Shown here: piece after piece, positions 47,165 to 55,608 of the stretch
Layout of the letters: every line of letters begins with the position of its first letter
How positions within the stretch are numbered: the first letter of the stretch is position 1
Origin: a virus
Taxonomy: Duplodnaviria; Caudoviricetes
IMG/VR virus record: IMGVR_UViG_3300021591_000001
Coordinates: 1-56,422 of that record
Direction: 5' to 3' (one strand)
Length of the DNA stretch: 56,422 nucleotides
Position numbers and translations under genes: made by a program
The notes under the pieces: model-generated
What the model was told of the DNA's origin: nothing
Seen by the model: only the letters and a program-made list of their open reading frames with translations
The model's database searches: none

Positions 47165-47173
47165 CCTTATAAT
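47165..47173 (+). promoter_or_regulatory. CCTTATAAT promoter-like motif upstream of the free-standing endonuclease
   Basis: Same 9-mer as at 7560 and 11559; GGGAGG RBS follows. Confidence 0.55.
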
Positions 47174-47206
47174 TACCAGAACAAAATCCGACAGGGAGGA
47201 AATGTC

Positions 47207-48322
47207 ATGAGTATTCTTTCGGGGGAATGTCTCGTCGTTACTGAAAACGGTTTGAAGAAGCTTAGCTCCGTCTCTCAGGAGCGAGTTTTAACAGATGATG
47301 GTTATCGAACTATCAACATCAAACCGCTCGGTGAGGTTGGCTGTTTTTCTGTTAGGACTAAGTTTGGTTACGAGGTCGCTCTTGTCGAAGGAGAGCTCCT
47401 TGTACGCGGCAACGGATGGAAGAGGTTCAGAGATTTACCTGAGAAGTGTGAGGTGAGGTTGCTTGATGCGCGCGAAGTCACCTATCCACAAGATTACTCC
47501 TTCCCGGTTGATCCGACTAATTATAGGAGGAGACATTACGACAGTAATGGTAGAAACAGGTTACACCTCACTAAGTTTGTAAACCTTCCCGAAAAGTGGA
47601 CGGAAGGGTTCGCTGAGTTTGTTGGTTACTTAGTCGGAGATGGTTACGTCGGTCTACACAACTACACCGTTTGCATCGAAGTTGCGAACAACACTCTTAT
47701 GCGGGAGAAATGGAAGAGCTTTTTCGAAAACCTAGGTTGGAAGGTTACAATTGTGCGCCAATCAAGTAGCACGCGCGTAGTGACGAGCGGTAAGTCCCTT
47801 ACAGACTTCCTGCAAGCTCTGGGTGTCTCGACTCGTAGGGCGAGAGGAAAGGTAGTACCTTTTTCTGTTCTAGAGGCTCCTCGTGATGTCGTCGCCGCAT
47901 TTTTGAGAGGCCTTTATTCGGCAGATGGTACTGTTTTCACTCACAAGAACGCGACCAAGGCTGTTGTTCTCTCATCCACCTCTGATAAGTTAATAGAGCA
48001 GTGTCAGATTCTACTTTTGTACCTAGGTATAAGATCAAACAGAAAAAAATATGGTCTCAACTCGAGGGTTCCTCAAGGACACGAATACTCTTATGAGCTG
48101 AACTACCTTTACGTGACGTCCCACAGGAACGAGTTTGAGAAGGAGATCGGGTTTCTTGAGGGTGAGAAAAGAGAAAAACTCAAAGAGATAAACTCCAAGT
48201 ATGCCGTACGTCCTTACAGACACCCTGAGTTCGACAAGTTATCCTCTATCAAAACCTTCGATATATCACCTGCTTGCGAAGTTGACGTTCCAATCTACGC
48301 CAACGGAATACTCGTCCGCTGA
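47207..48322 (+). CDS. Free-standing double-motif LAGLIDADG homing endonuclease derived from an intein
   Basis: FVGYLVGDGY and FLRGLYSADG motifs intact; Hint-like ends (ILSGECLVVTENG...IYANGILVR) without Cys1, TxxH or His-Asn; the only plus-strand gene in the late operon. Confidence 0.88.
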   Translation: MSILSGECLVVTENGLKKLSSVSQERVLTDDGYRTINIKPLGEVGCFSVRTKFGYEVALVEGELLVRGNGWKRFRDLPEKCEVRLLDAREVTYPQDYSFPVDPTNYRRRHYDSNGRNRLHLTKFVNLPEKWTEGFAEFVGYLVGDGYVGLHNYTVCIEVANNTLMREKWKSFFENLGWKVTIVRQSSSTRVVTSGKSLTDFLQALGVSTRRARGKVVPFSVLEAPRDVVAAFLRGLYSADGTVFTHKNATKAVVLSSTSDKLIEQCQILLLYLGIRSNRKKYGLNSRVPQGHEYSYELNYLYVTSHRNEFEKEIGFLEGEKREKLKEINSKYAVRPYRHPEFDKLSSIKTFDISPACEVDVPIYANGILVR

Positions 48323-48343
48323 GACTCTCTTCAAGGAGGGGAG

Positions 48344-48372
48344 GGTGAGGGTAGTGATAAACTACCCTCACC
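48344..48372. terminator. 12-bp perfect hairpin between the convergent capsid and endonuclease genes
   Basis: GGTGAGGGTAGT-GATAA-ACTACCCTCACC; no clear U tract. Confidence 0.55.
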
Positions 48373-48382
48373 ACGCCTAGAA

Positions 48383-48587
48383 TTAGACCGAGAAGGACAG
48401 CTTCATGACTCCGCGAGCATTGAACACAGTCATGCCCAAAAGCTCATACGCAACGAACCCCAGCCACAGGTTATCCGGGTCGTCTGCCGGTATAACTTGG
48501 GTATCACGTCGGAACGGCATCCACGCTAAGAACTTCGGCGGTGCCATGATGTACATCACACCGGGCGGTACCTGGTCGCTCACGTAG
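48383..48587 (-). CDS. Major capsid protein, exon 2
   Basis: YVSDQVPPGVMYIMAPPKFLAWMPFRRD...GFVAYELLGMTVFNARGVMKL is an HK97-fold C-terminus, in frame with exon 1 after splicing. Confidence 0.9.
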
Positions 48588-48985
48588 CAATCTGTTACTT
48601 TCACTCCCCTTGCGGAGGAGCTACTGACCACCCGTCACCGGATGGCGGGTCGACATTTCTGCCGACCTCCATGCGTCGCCGCATGGTTCGGACCATATCT
48701 TCATCTCCCACAAATGTGGGAGAGCCGGGCGCATGGTCTCTGAACCTTCCTTCGGAGATCACCCCAAAGGCTTGGCTGCTGGTTGTCTGGCGTAGCTCCA
48801 TCGAGCTACCCGAGGAGGGATTTTCACTGATGACAATCCCTTCGTCAGGATTGTTTAAACTTTCTACTCTTAAGTTGTTCTCATGTGAAGGGATTCTCAT
48901 CGAGTACCACTCCTATGCAACCAGACTTTCCAGCAATTCACCCGGTTTTGACACAGCCGTCGCCGGCTGAGGACTCCTACTGTTG
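48588..48985 (-). ncRNA. Group I self-splicing intron (398 nt) in the major capsid gene
   Basis: Exon ends in U and intron ends in G; IGS GUAG-GAGUC pairs with exon 1 GACUU (U.G at the splice site) and exon 2 CUAC; core P AAUUGCUGGAAA, Q AACCAGCAGC, R GUUCAGAGACCA, S GAAGAUAUGGUCC; P3 CCGGGUG/CGCCCGG. Confidence 0.93.
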
Positions 48986-49788
48986 AAGTCAGCGCCCCAG
49001 AGCGAACCCAGATACCCGGTCTCTCTGATCTCCTGGAGAGCTAACTGATCCAGAACTGTCCACTCCCAAGACCTGATGTCTCGCGTGCCGTATGCCGACA
49101 TTAACACGGAAGCAACGGGAAGCCTGGTGTTTTCTAGTTGCGCGAAGGCATCGGCGAGACCAGCCTTGGTGAGAGGGCCAGGTATCGTTACCTCGGTGTG
49201 ATAGCCTGCAGTCACACCAGCCTGGAAAGCAGACTCCAAAAGGCTGAAGAAGGTCAGATCCTCTCGAAGCTCGACGCCCTGTATAAGTCGATCTTTGGCA
49301 CGGTCGAGAGCTCTGAACCTGCGGTTGAAGAGCTGCCTGTAGGGGACCTTCGGGCGAGCGACAATCTCGAAAGGCTCGAGCGTAACGCGCTCGCCCTCGA
49401 GCTCGATCATTGAGACAGCGCCGTCGTTCGCGATCTTAGCTGCAGGGACCTCAGGGAAGTCCTTGTCGTAAATCATGGGAACCCCGTCGGGGATCTGCTC
49501 AATAACAGCAAACTTTCGGCAGATCCCTTTATAGTCGAGCATTTCCCTGACAGGGTTGGCCATGGAGGCCGCTATCTTCCTGAGGCCCGCCTCGCTTGTG
49601 AGTGCGCGAGCGAGGGCCGCCTCTTTCTTCAGCGCCGAAGCGTACTTGCGCTGTCTTTCGGCTCGTGAGGTCATAGCTGGAGTCTGCTGAGAGGCAAGGG
49701 TGCGTGCGACTGCATTACCAACCGCCGTAGCAATCTGACTGATCGCGGATGCGTTTACTGCTTGCTGCGTAGAAGCTAAACGAGCCAT
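48986..49788 (-). CDS. Major capsid protein, exon 1 (spliced product 335 aa)
   Basis: AAGGAGG RBS; IAASMANPVREMLDYKGICRK...PFEIVARPKV...RFRALDRAKD...GYLGSLWGADF; follows the protease-scaffold and decoration genes. Confidence 0.9.
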
Positions 49789-49820
49789 TTATGATTCCTC
49801 CTTTGCTAAAGGATTTTCAA

Positions 49821-50369
49821 TTACACCAGCGTTTGAATGATCATCCTGCCGCTGTCAGTCGGGTATCTGTTTCTCCAGTTGAAGTCGTTGCCAAACTCGT
49901 CGGACTGTATCGTGTAGGCAGAAGGCGGAGCCACAACGAAAGCAACAGGCAGAGAGTCGGCAGGTACGTCGCCGGTGCCTGGTGTGGAGTTAGAGAGTTT
50001 GCCGTTCGTATCAACATACAGGAGATCGCCGTAGTCGTAGGTCAGGGCGGTGTCGTACGGGTAGTCGTCACTCCCGTTCTCAGGGTCGCTAGCATTGAGC
50101 TCGACGACATTACCCCTCCCAACAAGGACGGCGCACTTCCCGTTGTAAATGTCGGAGTAGATGTCGTTTGCTGACCCTGCATGTCCGAGAGCGAAACCTA
50201 CGAGGGTGCCACCGTCATCGCCAGGGCTCCCTATGTACTGCGTCATCTCTGCAACTGTGCCGTCGCTCTGCAACATGAGCACTTGCCCCGCGACGTAAGA
50301 GGCTGAAGAATTAGGCCTGTAGAGATCGCCTACACGGCGTCCTGCGAGGTAGCGAATTTTCATTCCCAT
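49821..50369 (-). CDS. Head decoration/cement protein
   Basis: Lies between scaffold and capsid; YVAGQVL, YDYGDLLYVDTNGKL; start ATG 50369 with GAGGAGG RBS. Confidence 0.65.
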   Translation of the reverse strand: MGMKIRYLAGRRVGDLYRPNSSASYVAGQVLMLQSDGTVAEMTQYIGSPGDDGGTLVGFALGHAGSANDIYSDIYNGKCAVLVGRGNVVELNASDPENGSDDYPYDTALTYDYGDLLYVDTNGKLSNSTPGTGDVPADSLPVAFVVAPPSAYTIQSDEFGNDFNWRNRYPTDSGRMIIQTLV

Positions 50370-50420
50370 AGTACAAAACCTCCTCTTCTTCAGCGCCATC
50401 TAGGCGCTCTGTTTTTAAAG

Positions 50421-53400
50421 TTATTCAGTCCAAAACTCCGGATCATCGAGTGTTCCGGTTGTGTCAATCTTTGGAGCACCGCGCGTCACAACAGGCGACT
50501 TCAAAGCGCGGGATGCGGTACGCGGGCCGCCTGGGTTGGACGCGCTCTTCACAACTTCCTCAAGCTGCTCAAGAGCGTAATCGTCGAGCTTCATGAGCTC
50601 GTCAACTTTTTCCTCAATTGCAGCCTCAAGCTCGGCCTGTGTGGTGAATTCGCCAAGAAGACCCTTTTCGGCCATCTTCTCTGCTATTATCCGTCTTCTC
50701 TCCCTCTCTAGCTTCGCAAGTCTGACCATAAGTGCCTGCTTCTCAGGGTCATTCTTCGACGCGATCTTGGAGTCGGGGCCGAACGGCGTTCTTGCTTGTT
50801 CAGCGAGGAACTCCTCTTCCTGATCAGCATTTGCCTCTTCGGAGACGGTTACTGTCTCGGGACTTTGTCGCGAGTCGCTTGAGAGCGGCTCGAGCTCTGC
50901 TTCAGCTAGTACAATCATCGCATCAGGGCCGAACTGCACGGTTGCCTCTCTAGTTATCGGATCGAACTCCACAACAGTGCCCTCCACACCTTCGTCACGG
51001 AGCTGCACTATGTCGTGAACGAGCTCGGGAGGTTCATCTCCGGTCGGCTCCCAATCGCTTGCAATCCGTACAGTGGAGCCAACAAGTATCTCCCCCGTAG
51101 ATGGCGGTGTGCTTTCCAGTTCCTTGACGTCGTCGATCAAATCACTACCGTACTGCTCGCTTCTGAAAACTTCGATCGGTGCTTTGTCGTCACCGTAAAC
51201 TTCACGTATGGCATCATCGTCGACATCAGTAGCAAGCACCTCGGCGATCTTCACACGGGACTCATCGTAAATCGACCACTTCTCGCCGGTACAAATAGCA
51301 ACGTACCCATCCTTCTCGACTCTGGCGACTGCTTGTTTGAGCTCCTGCTGGAACTCCTTCTCCTGCTCCTTGTTGACCTCGTCGGCGATATCCTTGGAGG
51401 TCACAGCATCCGTTTCGATTGTAGCGTCCGTTTCAAGAGACGCCTCCTTATACTTCTTGGGTATACGGTCCCACGCGGTCTGAGCAGCAATCCTCTTCGC
51501 CTCCTGCTTCGACTTACCCTTCACCTTCCAGTAGTGGTAAAGGGCGGTAGCGTAGGTCTTGAGGAACTGCTCTTGGTACTTCTTCGGGAGCTGGTCGATC
51601 TTCTTCTTCAGGACCTTATCGGATTTGGCTTCCTCGAGAAGCTCTTTGATCTGTTTCTGTCTCTCTGTCAGGGCCTCAGCTTGCGTGGAGGCCTCCTTGT
51701 GCTCTTCTGATGCAGCAGCTTCCTTATACTTCTTCGGAATTCGGTCCCAAGCGGTCTGAGCAGCTATTTGCTCTGCCTGAGCTTTCGATTTACCTTTCAC
51801 CTTCCAGTAGTGGTAAAGAGCAGAAGCGAACGTCTTCAGCCACTGCTCCTGGTACTTCTTCGGGAGCTGGTCGATCTTCTTCAGCGTGGTTTTGTCCTTC
51901 TTGTACTCGTCAAAAATCTCCTTGATCTGTTTCTGCCTCTCTGTCAGAGCTTCAGAGAGAAGTGTGCCAACAGTTTGTTTCAGTTCTTGTTTGAACTTCT
52001 CCTCCCTCTTCTTGGTCTCCTGCTCGCTTAACGAAACTGTCTCAGGAGACCAAAGGACGTTCGTTCCTTCCGTCAACTCAACGTCGAAGGAGTACTTTCC
52101 AGGTTTCACAGTCTGATCCTCCTTCGCGGCAGATGTGATCTTCTGAGAGGGTAACTCAGAAGACGTAGGAGGTGACTCAACCTCAGTAGGCTGTCCAAGA
52201 CCTCCAAAAGGTCTTTCCGGTTGAGCACTTGGGGCTGTCGTTTTGGTCGGAGCTTCGGGCTTAGGTGTCTCACCAAGACCGAACTTCTCCGCGAGCTCTT
52301 TGCGGATCTGATCGTAGCTCGCTCCCTCTTCAATCCGCTTGCGGACGTAGTTGAGTATCTCTCTAGGTTTGGTCTCTTTGGGAGCTTCTGCCTGTCCGGT
52401 GACGAGCTTCTGCCTGTAAATCTCGCGTATTTGCTCTTTAACGTCTTCAGGAGCGTAGGGGTAAACCTCCTCAAGCTCGTCCAGCGACATGTCTTCAAGG
52501 GGTGAATTTGCTTGAGCTGTTGTTTCCATCTCGGTCTCAGGAGTTTTCTCTTCGGATTCCTCCTCAGTCGTTTCTGTGGTTTCCTCCGTAGTCTCCTCAA
52601 CCGGGAGTTCTATCTCCTCAACTACATCGATCAAGTCGGCATCTTCCTGCGCCTCTTTCTTCTTCGCTGTATGGCGAGTAGGAGCTACGTTCGGGGAAAC
52701 GCCTAAGAGGCGTCTCTCAAGCTCCTGCGTCTCATCATCTGTCAGTCCACGAAGGTCTTGGAACAAAGACGCAACAGTTGGGATCGGCATGTCTGGGTAA
52801 CGCCGCAGGAGAGCTCTAGCCGACATCTCAAGGCGATCGAGGAAAGAGGATTTGTTCCAATCGGTGGCCTCTGCTTTAGCCTCCTCCTCTGCAGCTGTGA
52901 CCTCGCGTGCTGCCTTTTTGAGCAGCTCCCGCATCTTGATCAGATTCTCGACAGGGCCGGCGAAACCGATTGCGTTCTGCTGTGCAACGTCTTTCTCTTG
53001 CTCTTTGCGCTTGGTTTCGCTCTCCTCGAACTGCGCCGCGAAGAGCGAAGCCTCGTCACCGTAATCACCAAACCAGCGCATCCACATAGGAGAGCCGCGG
53101 TACGGTTTCTCTTTGTTATAAACATCTTTAGCCTTCTCCCCCTCGGGATAGGTTGCGCTCTTCTTTAGGCCGAGCAGCTCCGCAAGACGCTCGCGCAAGG
53201 TTCGCTTGCGTTCCTGCTTCTCGATCTCGGACGAGACCTCTATCACCTTCTCAGCAATTTCGTCGAGCAGGTCCTCCTTCTGTGCTTTCTTGTAATCACC
53301 ACGATCAACCGACGTATCAACGTGCATGCCACGAGGAGCCGTTTCAGGAGTGGTTGTCTTCGTGCGCTCGTAGTCCTCCTTAAACTTCTCCTCAGGATCT

Positions 53401-55319
53401 CCGTAGTCGCCGCGATCAACATAAGTCAACCTATCCTCGGGAGCGGGTGTCGAGCTTGCATTCTTGATCTCACCCATTACAAACTCCTCCTTTTCGCGCA
53501 AAAATTCCTCGAGAGCTTCGCTTGAGTCAAACTTCAGAAGCTCTCCGCCATCCCATGCGATCAACTCATCCTTCAGAGCAGCGACTTTAGCGGGCTTGAG
53601 CTCTTTCTTCGCGACCTTGTAGCGAAACTTCGCGTTCGGGTCCGCCGCTTCGCTACCCGGTGATATGCAAGAAACCTCAAAAAAGCGCAAACCTCTATTA
53701 AACTCAAAACAGCGACGCTGCTCCTTTTTACCGTCTGCTGTGATGACGGTAAAAACTTTGTTCTTGTAGTATCGTACGTGGTCGCAATACTCGCTTTCGT
53801 CTCTTGCAACGTTACCGCAAATCGAACAGATCGATTCGTCGCAGTTATGCACGAACACACCGTTAGCGACGTAGGTGCCGTCACTGGTCGTGAGGTTGAA
53901 AACTTCAACTGCCGCAGGTCTCTCGAAAGCAACTTTCTCAACACGCTGCATCCAGTATCCGGAATCGACTATAAAATCCTGCTCTTGACCCCCTGTGGTT
54001 GCCTCCCAACCTAAAGACTCAAAAAGAAGTCCTAACTCTGCGGAAGGCTCAATGCGCAGCAAAACCTCATCCTTGTTATAGGAGAGGGAGCTCGCTCGCG
54101 TTCTCAGCGCGAAGCAACACTGTAGTATAGCAGAAGCATACTCCCGAGGAACTGCAAGAACAGCGCTGCTCCGCCCCAGCTCGGCAGCGGCTGCGATCAA
54201 AGTGACAAGGAAGAGGCGTTTAAGAGGTTTCTCCAAGCGGCGGAGGGTTTCTGGAGTGAACTTCTCGACCGCTTCCGCAAGAGTAGGATCCGTCACTTCA
54301 ATAACAGGAACAAGCTTGTCGCCGTGGAAAAGTCGCTCAGCGCCTCCAAACCTACGCGCCACAAACTTCAAATAGGTCAAACGCTGATTGGACCCTCGCG
54401 GCAGGAGAAGCACAATCGACTCCAACGTCTTGAAGCCGGCGCCTATGTACCACGCAGCGAGCTCAACGACATGGTCGGGTAGAGACAAGTCGTCGCTCAC
54501 GTTCAAAGGAGACACCAAGAATTGCCCTGGTATGATATCCTCAGCGTTGACGAAGCGGAGAAGACGATCCTCGCGCACATCCTTCCAGAACTTCTGGTGT
54601 TCCGGGTCTGCTTTCTTGCTAGCGTGTACTACAATGCGGTTCGTTTCTTCGCCGCAAACGGGACAAACGCGAAAAGTCTTCGCTAACCTTCGCGGCGTGT
54701 AGACGTAAAAAGGGTGTTCAGGCGTCGCCAATATGGTCGAACACGCAGTCTCAACGCGTACCAGGCGGCCTTCAAAGGCGCGTCGGTGTGTTCGCTCGAC
54801 TGTCGCAGTCCCTGTCAGAGAAAGAACGCGCTCACCTTCTTGTACATCCTTAATAGATTTTGTCGAGCCATCACTCAGCAGAATCCCTGTCTCGCCGGGG
54901 AAGCACATCACACCCATAGAAACGTCTGTGAGAACGCCATCCTCTATCTGCTTTGCAACTTTGGGGGCCTTTTTCCGCGAAATCGCCATCAAGACGTCAA
55001 CACACTTCTCCTCAAAGTTCGGATAGGCATCAAGTATAATTCCAATAGCCTTTGACGGGTCGTCATTATCATGGTCGAGGTAAACTCCGCCTTTAACAAA
55101 GGTCTGATACGACTTCAAGAGCTCGTCCCACTCGAAGGCGTCGCCATTGTCGTTAGGCCCCCACTCCTCATAGGCAGAAATAGCACGGGCAACAACATAA
55201 ATGTAATCGTCACCGACTTCAGCAACCGGCTTCAAAGATTCCGCTTTAGGCCACGACGCGTCCTCGATCTTCTCAGCTGTACGTATTATCTTGATGCCTA
55301 CGCCAAACTTCTTAAACAT
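50421..55319 (-). CDS. Prohead protease-scaffold polyprotein with an intein, zinc motif and two ChaB-like domains
   Basis: NDNGDAF, YLDHD, DVSMG (protease His/Ser), CSICGN...CDH, FFEVS..ADPNA; long acidic scaffold region. Confidence 0.85.
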   Translation of the reverse strand: MFKKFGVGIKIIRTAEKIEDASWPKAESLKPVAEVGDDYIYVVARAISAYEEWGPNDNGDAFEWDELLKSYQTFVKGGVYLDHDNDDPSKAIGIILDAYPNFEEKCVDVLMAISRKKAPKVAKQIEDGVLTDVSMGVMCFPGETGILLSDGSTKSIKDVQEGERVLSLTGTATVERTHRRAFEGRLVRVETACSTILATPEHPFYVYTPRRLAKTFRVCPVCGEETNRIVVHASKKADPEHQKFWKDVREDRLLRFVNAEDIIPGQFLVSPLNVSDDLSLPDHVVELAAWYIGAGFKTLESIVLLLPRGSNQRLTYLKFVARRFGGAERLFHGDKLVPVIEVTDPTLAEAVEKFTPETLRRLEKPLKRLFLVTLIAAAAELGRSSAVLAVPREYASAILQCCFALRTRASSLSYNKDEVLLRIEPSAELGLLFESLGWEATTGGQEQDFIVDSGYWMQRVEKVAFERPAAVEVFNLTTSDGTYVANGVFVHNCDESICSICGNVARDESEYCDHVRYYKNKVFTVITADGKKEQRRCFEFNRGLRFFEVSCISPGSEAADPNAKFRYKVAKKELKPAKVAALKDELIAWDGGELLKFDSSEALEEFLREKEEFVMGEIKNASSTPAPEDRLTYVDRGDYGDPEEKFKEDYERTKTTTPETAPRGMHVDTSVDRGDYKKAQKEDLLDEIAEKVIEVSSEIEKQERKRTLRERLAELLGLKKSATYPEGEKAKDVYNKEKPYRGSPMWMRWFGDYGDEASLFAAQFEESETKRKEQEKDVAQQNAIGFAGPVENLIKMRELLKKAAREVTAAEEEAKAEATDWNKSSFLDRLEMSARALLRRYPDMPIPTVASLFQDLRGLTDDETQELERRLLGVSPNVAPTRHTAKKKEAQEDADLIDVVEEIELPVEETTEETTETTEEESEEKTPETEMETTAQANSPLEDMSLDELEEVYPYAPEDVKEQIREIYRQKLVTGQAEAPKETKPREILNYVRKRIEEGASYDQIRKELAEKFGLGETPKPEAPTKTTAPSAQPERPFGGLGQPTEVESPPTSSELPSQKITSAAKEDQTVKPGKYSFDVELTEGTNVLWSPETVSLSEQETKKREEKFKQELKQTVGTLLSEALTERQKQIKEIFDEYKKDKTTLKKIDQLPKKYQEQWLKTFASALYHYWKVKGKSKAQAEQIAAQTAWDRIPKKYKEAAASEEHKEASTQAEALTERQKQIKELLEEAKSDKVLKKKIDQLPKKYQEQFLKTYATALYHYWKVKGKSKQEAKRIAAQTAWDRIPKKYKEASLETDATIETDAVTSKDIADEVNKEQEKEFQQELKQAVARVEKDGYVAICTGEKWSIYDESRVKIAEVLATDVDDDAIREVYGDDKAPIEVFRSEQYGSDLIDDVKELESTPPSTGEILVGSTVRIASDWEPTGDEPPELVHDIVQLRDEGVEGTVVEFDPITREATVQFGPDAMIVLAEAELEPLSSDSRQSPETVTVSEEANADQEEEFLAEQARTPFGPDSKIASKNDPEKQALMVRLAKLERERRRIIAEKMAEKGLLGEFTTQAELEAAIEEKVDELMKLDDYALEQLEEVVKSASNPGGPRTASRALKSPVVTRGAPKIDTTGTLDDPEFWTE
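51441..51953 (-). repeat. Two 237-bp (79-aa) direct repeats encoding ChaB-like domains
   Basis: 51717-51953 and 51441-51677: EALTERQKQIKE...LPKKYQEQ(W/F)LKT(F/Y)A(S/T)ALYHYWKVKGKSK...IAAQTAWDRIPKKYKEA. Confidence 0.9.
53844..54905 (-). mobile_element. Intein (354 aa) in the prohead protease domain
   Basis: SMGVM|CFPGETGILL...ATPEHPF...VFNLTTSDGTYVANGVFVHN|CDESIC. Confidence 0.93.
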
Positions 55320-55320
55320 T

Positions 55321-55587
55321 TTACCAGCTCAAACCTAAAGACAAGGCAACGCTCTTGAGGTTGTTGATATAAGTGTCATCAGCTGTCTGCAAATCAATGG
55401 AGATATCCCCTGATGCGATCTTCTCCGCGAAACCTGGTATGTAGAGAAGACAAAGGATGAAGCTCTCTATAGGGTACTGAGCTGAAGAGTTCGCAGGAAT
55501 AATTAGTCTGCCCGCTACAGGAGAATCCCCAACAACTTTAAAATCAGGTACGACGATCTTTTCGTTCGTGTTGTTCGTCAAAACCAT
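55321..55587 (-). CDS. Small head-module protein, paralogue family member
   Basis: MVLTNNTNEKIVVPD...AGRLIIPANSS...FAEKIASGDISI; clearly similar to the next gene. Confidence 0.65.
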   Translation of the reverse strand: MVLTNNTNEKIVVPDFKVVGDSPVAGRLIIPANSSAQYPIESFILCLLYIPGFAEKIASGDISIDLQTADDTYINNLKSVALSLGLSW

Positions 55588-55608
55588 CGCAAATCTCCTC
55601 CCAAAGCT

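Noticed and set aside
48601-48900. 99-aa ORF inside the intron as a homing endonuclease
   Set aside because: No nuclease motif, and it runs through the conserved ribozyme core; kept only as a possible scar.
48383-49788. Capsid pseudogene or two separate genes, as in the ORF track
   Set aside because: Fully explained by a group I intron whose removal restores the reading frame.
48986-49788. Encapsulin nanocompartment instead of a phage capsid
   Set aside because: It sits in a complete head-neck-tail operon with protease and decoration genes.
51015-51710. Long plus-strand ORFs opposite structural genes (also 29236-29838, 38961-39677, 41187-41888, 44925-45527)
   Set aside because: Antisense shadows of well-supported genes, with no motifs or RBS noted.
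51441-51953. Diversity-generating retroelement TR/VR pair
   Set aside because: Both copies are in frame in one ORF, the differences are not adenine-specific, and there is no reverse transcriptase in the window.
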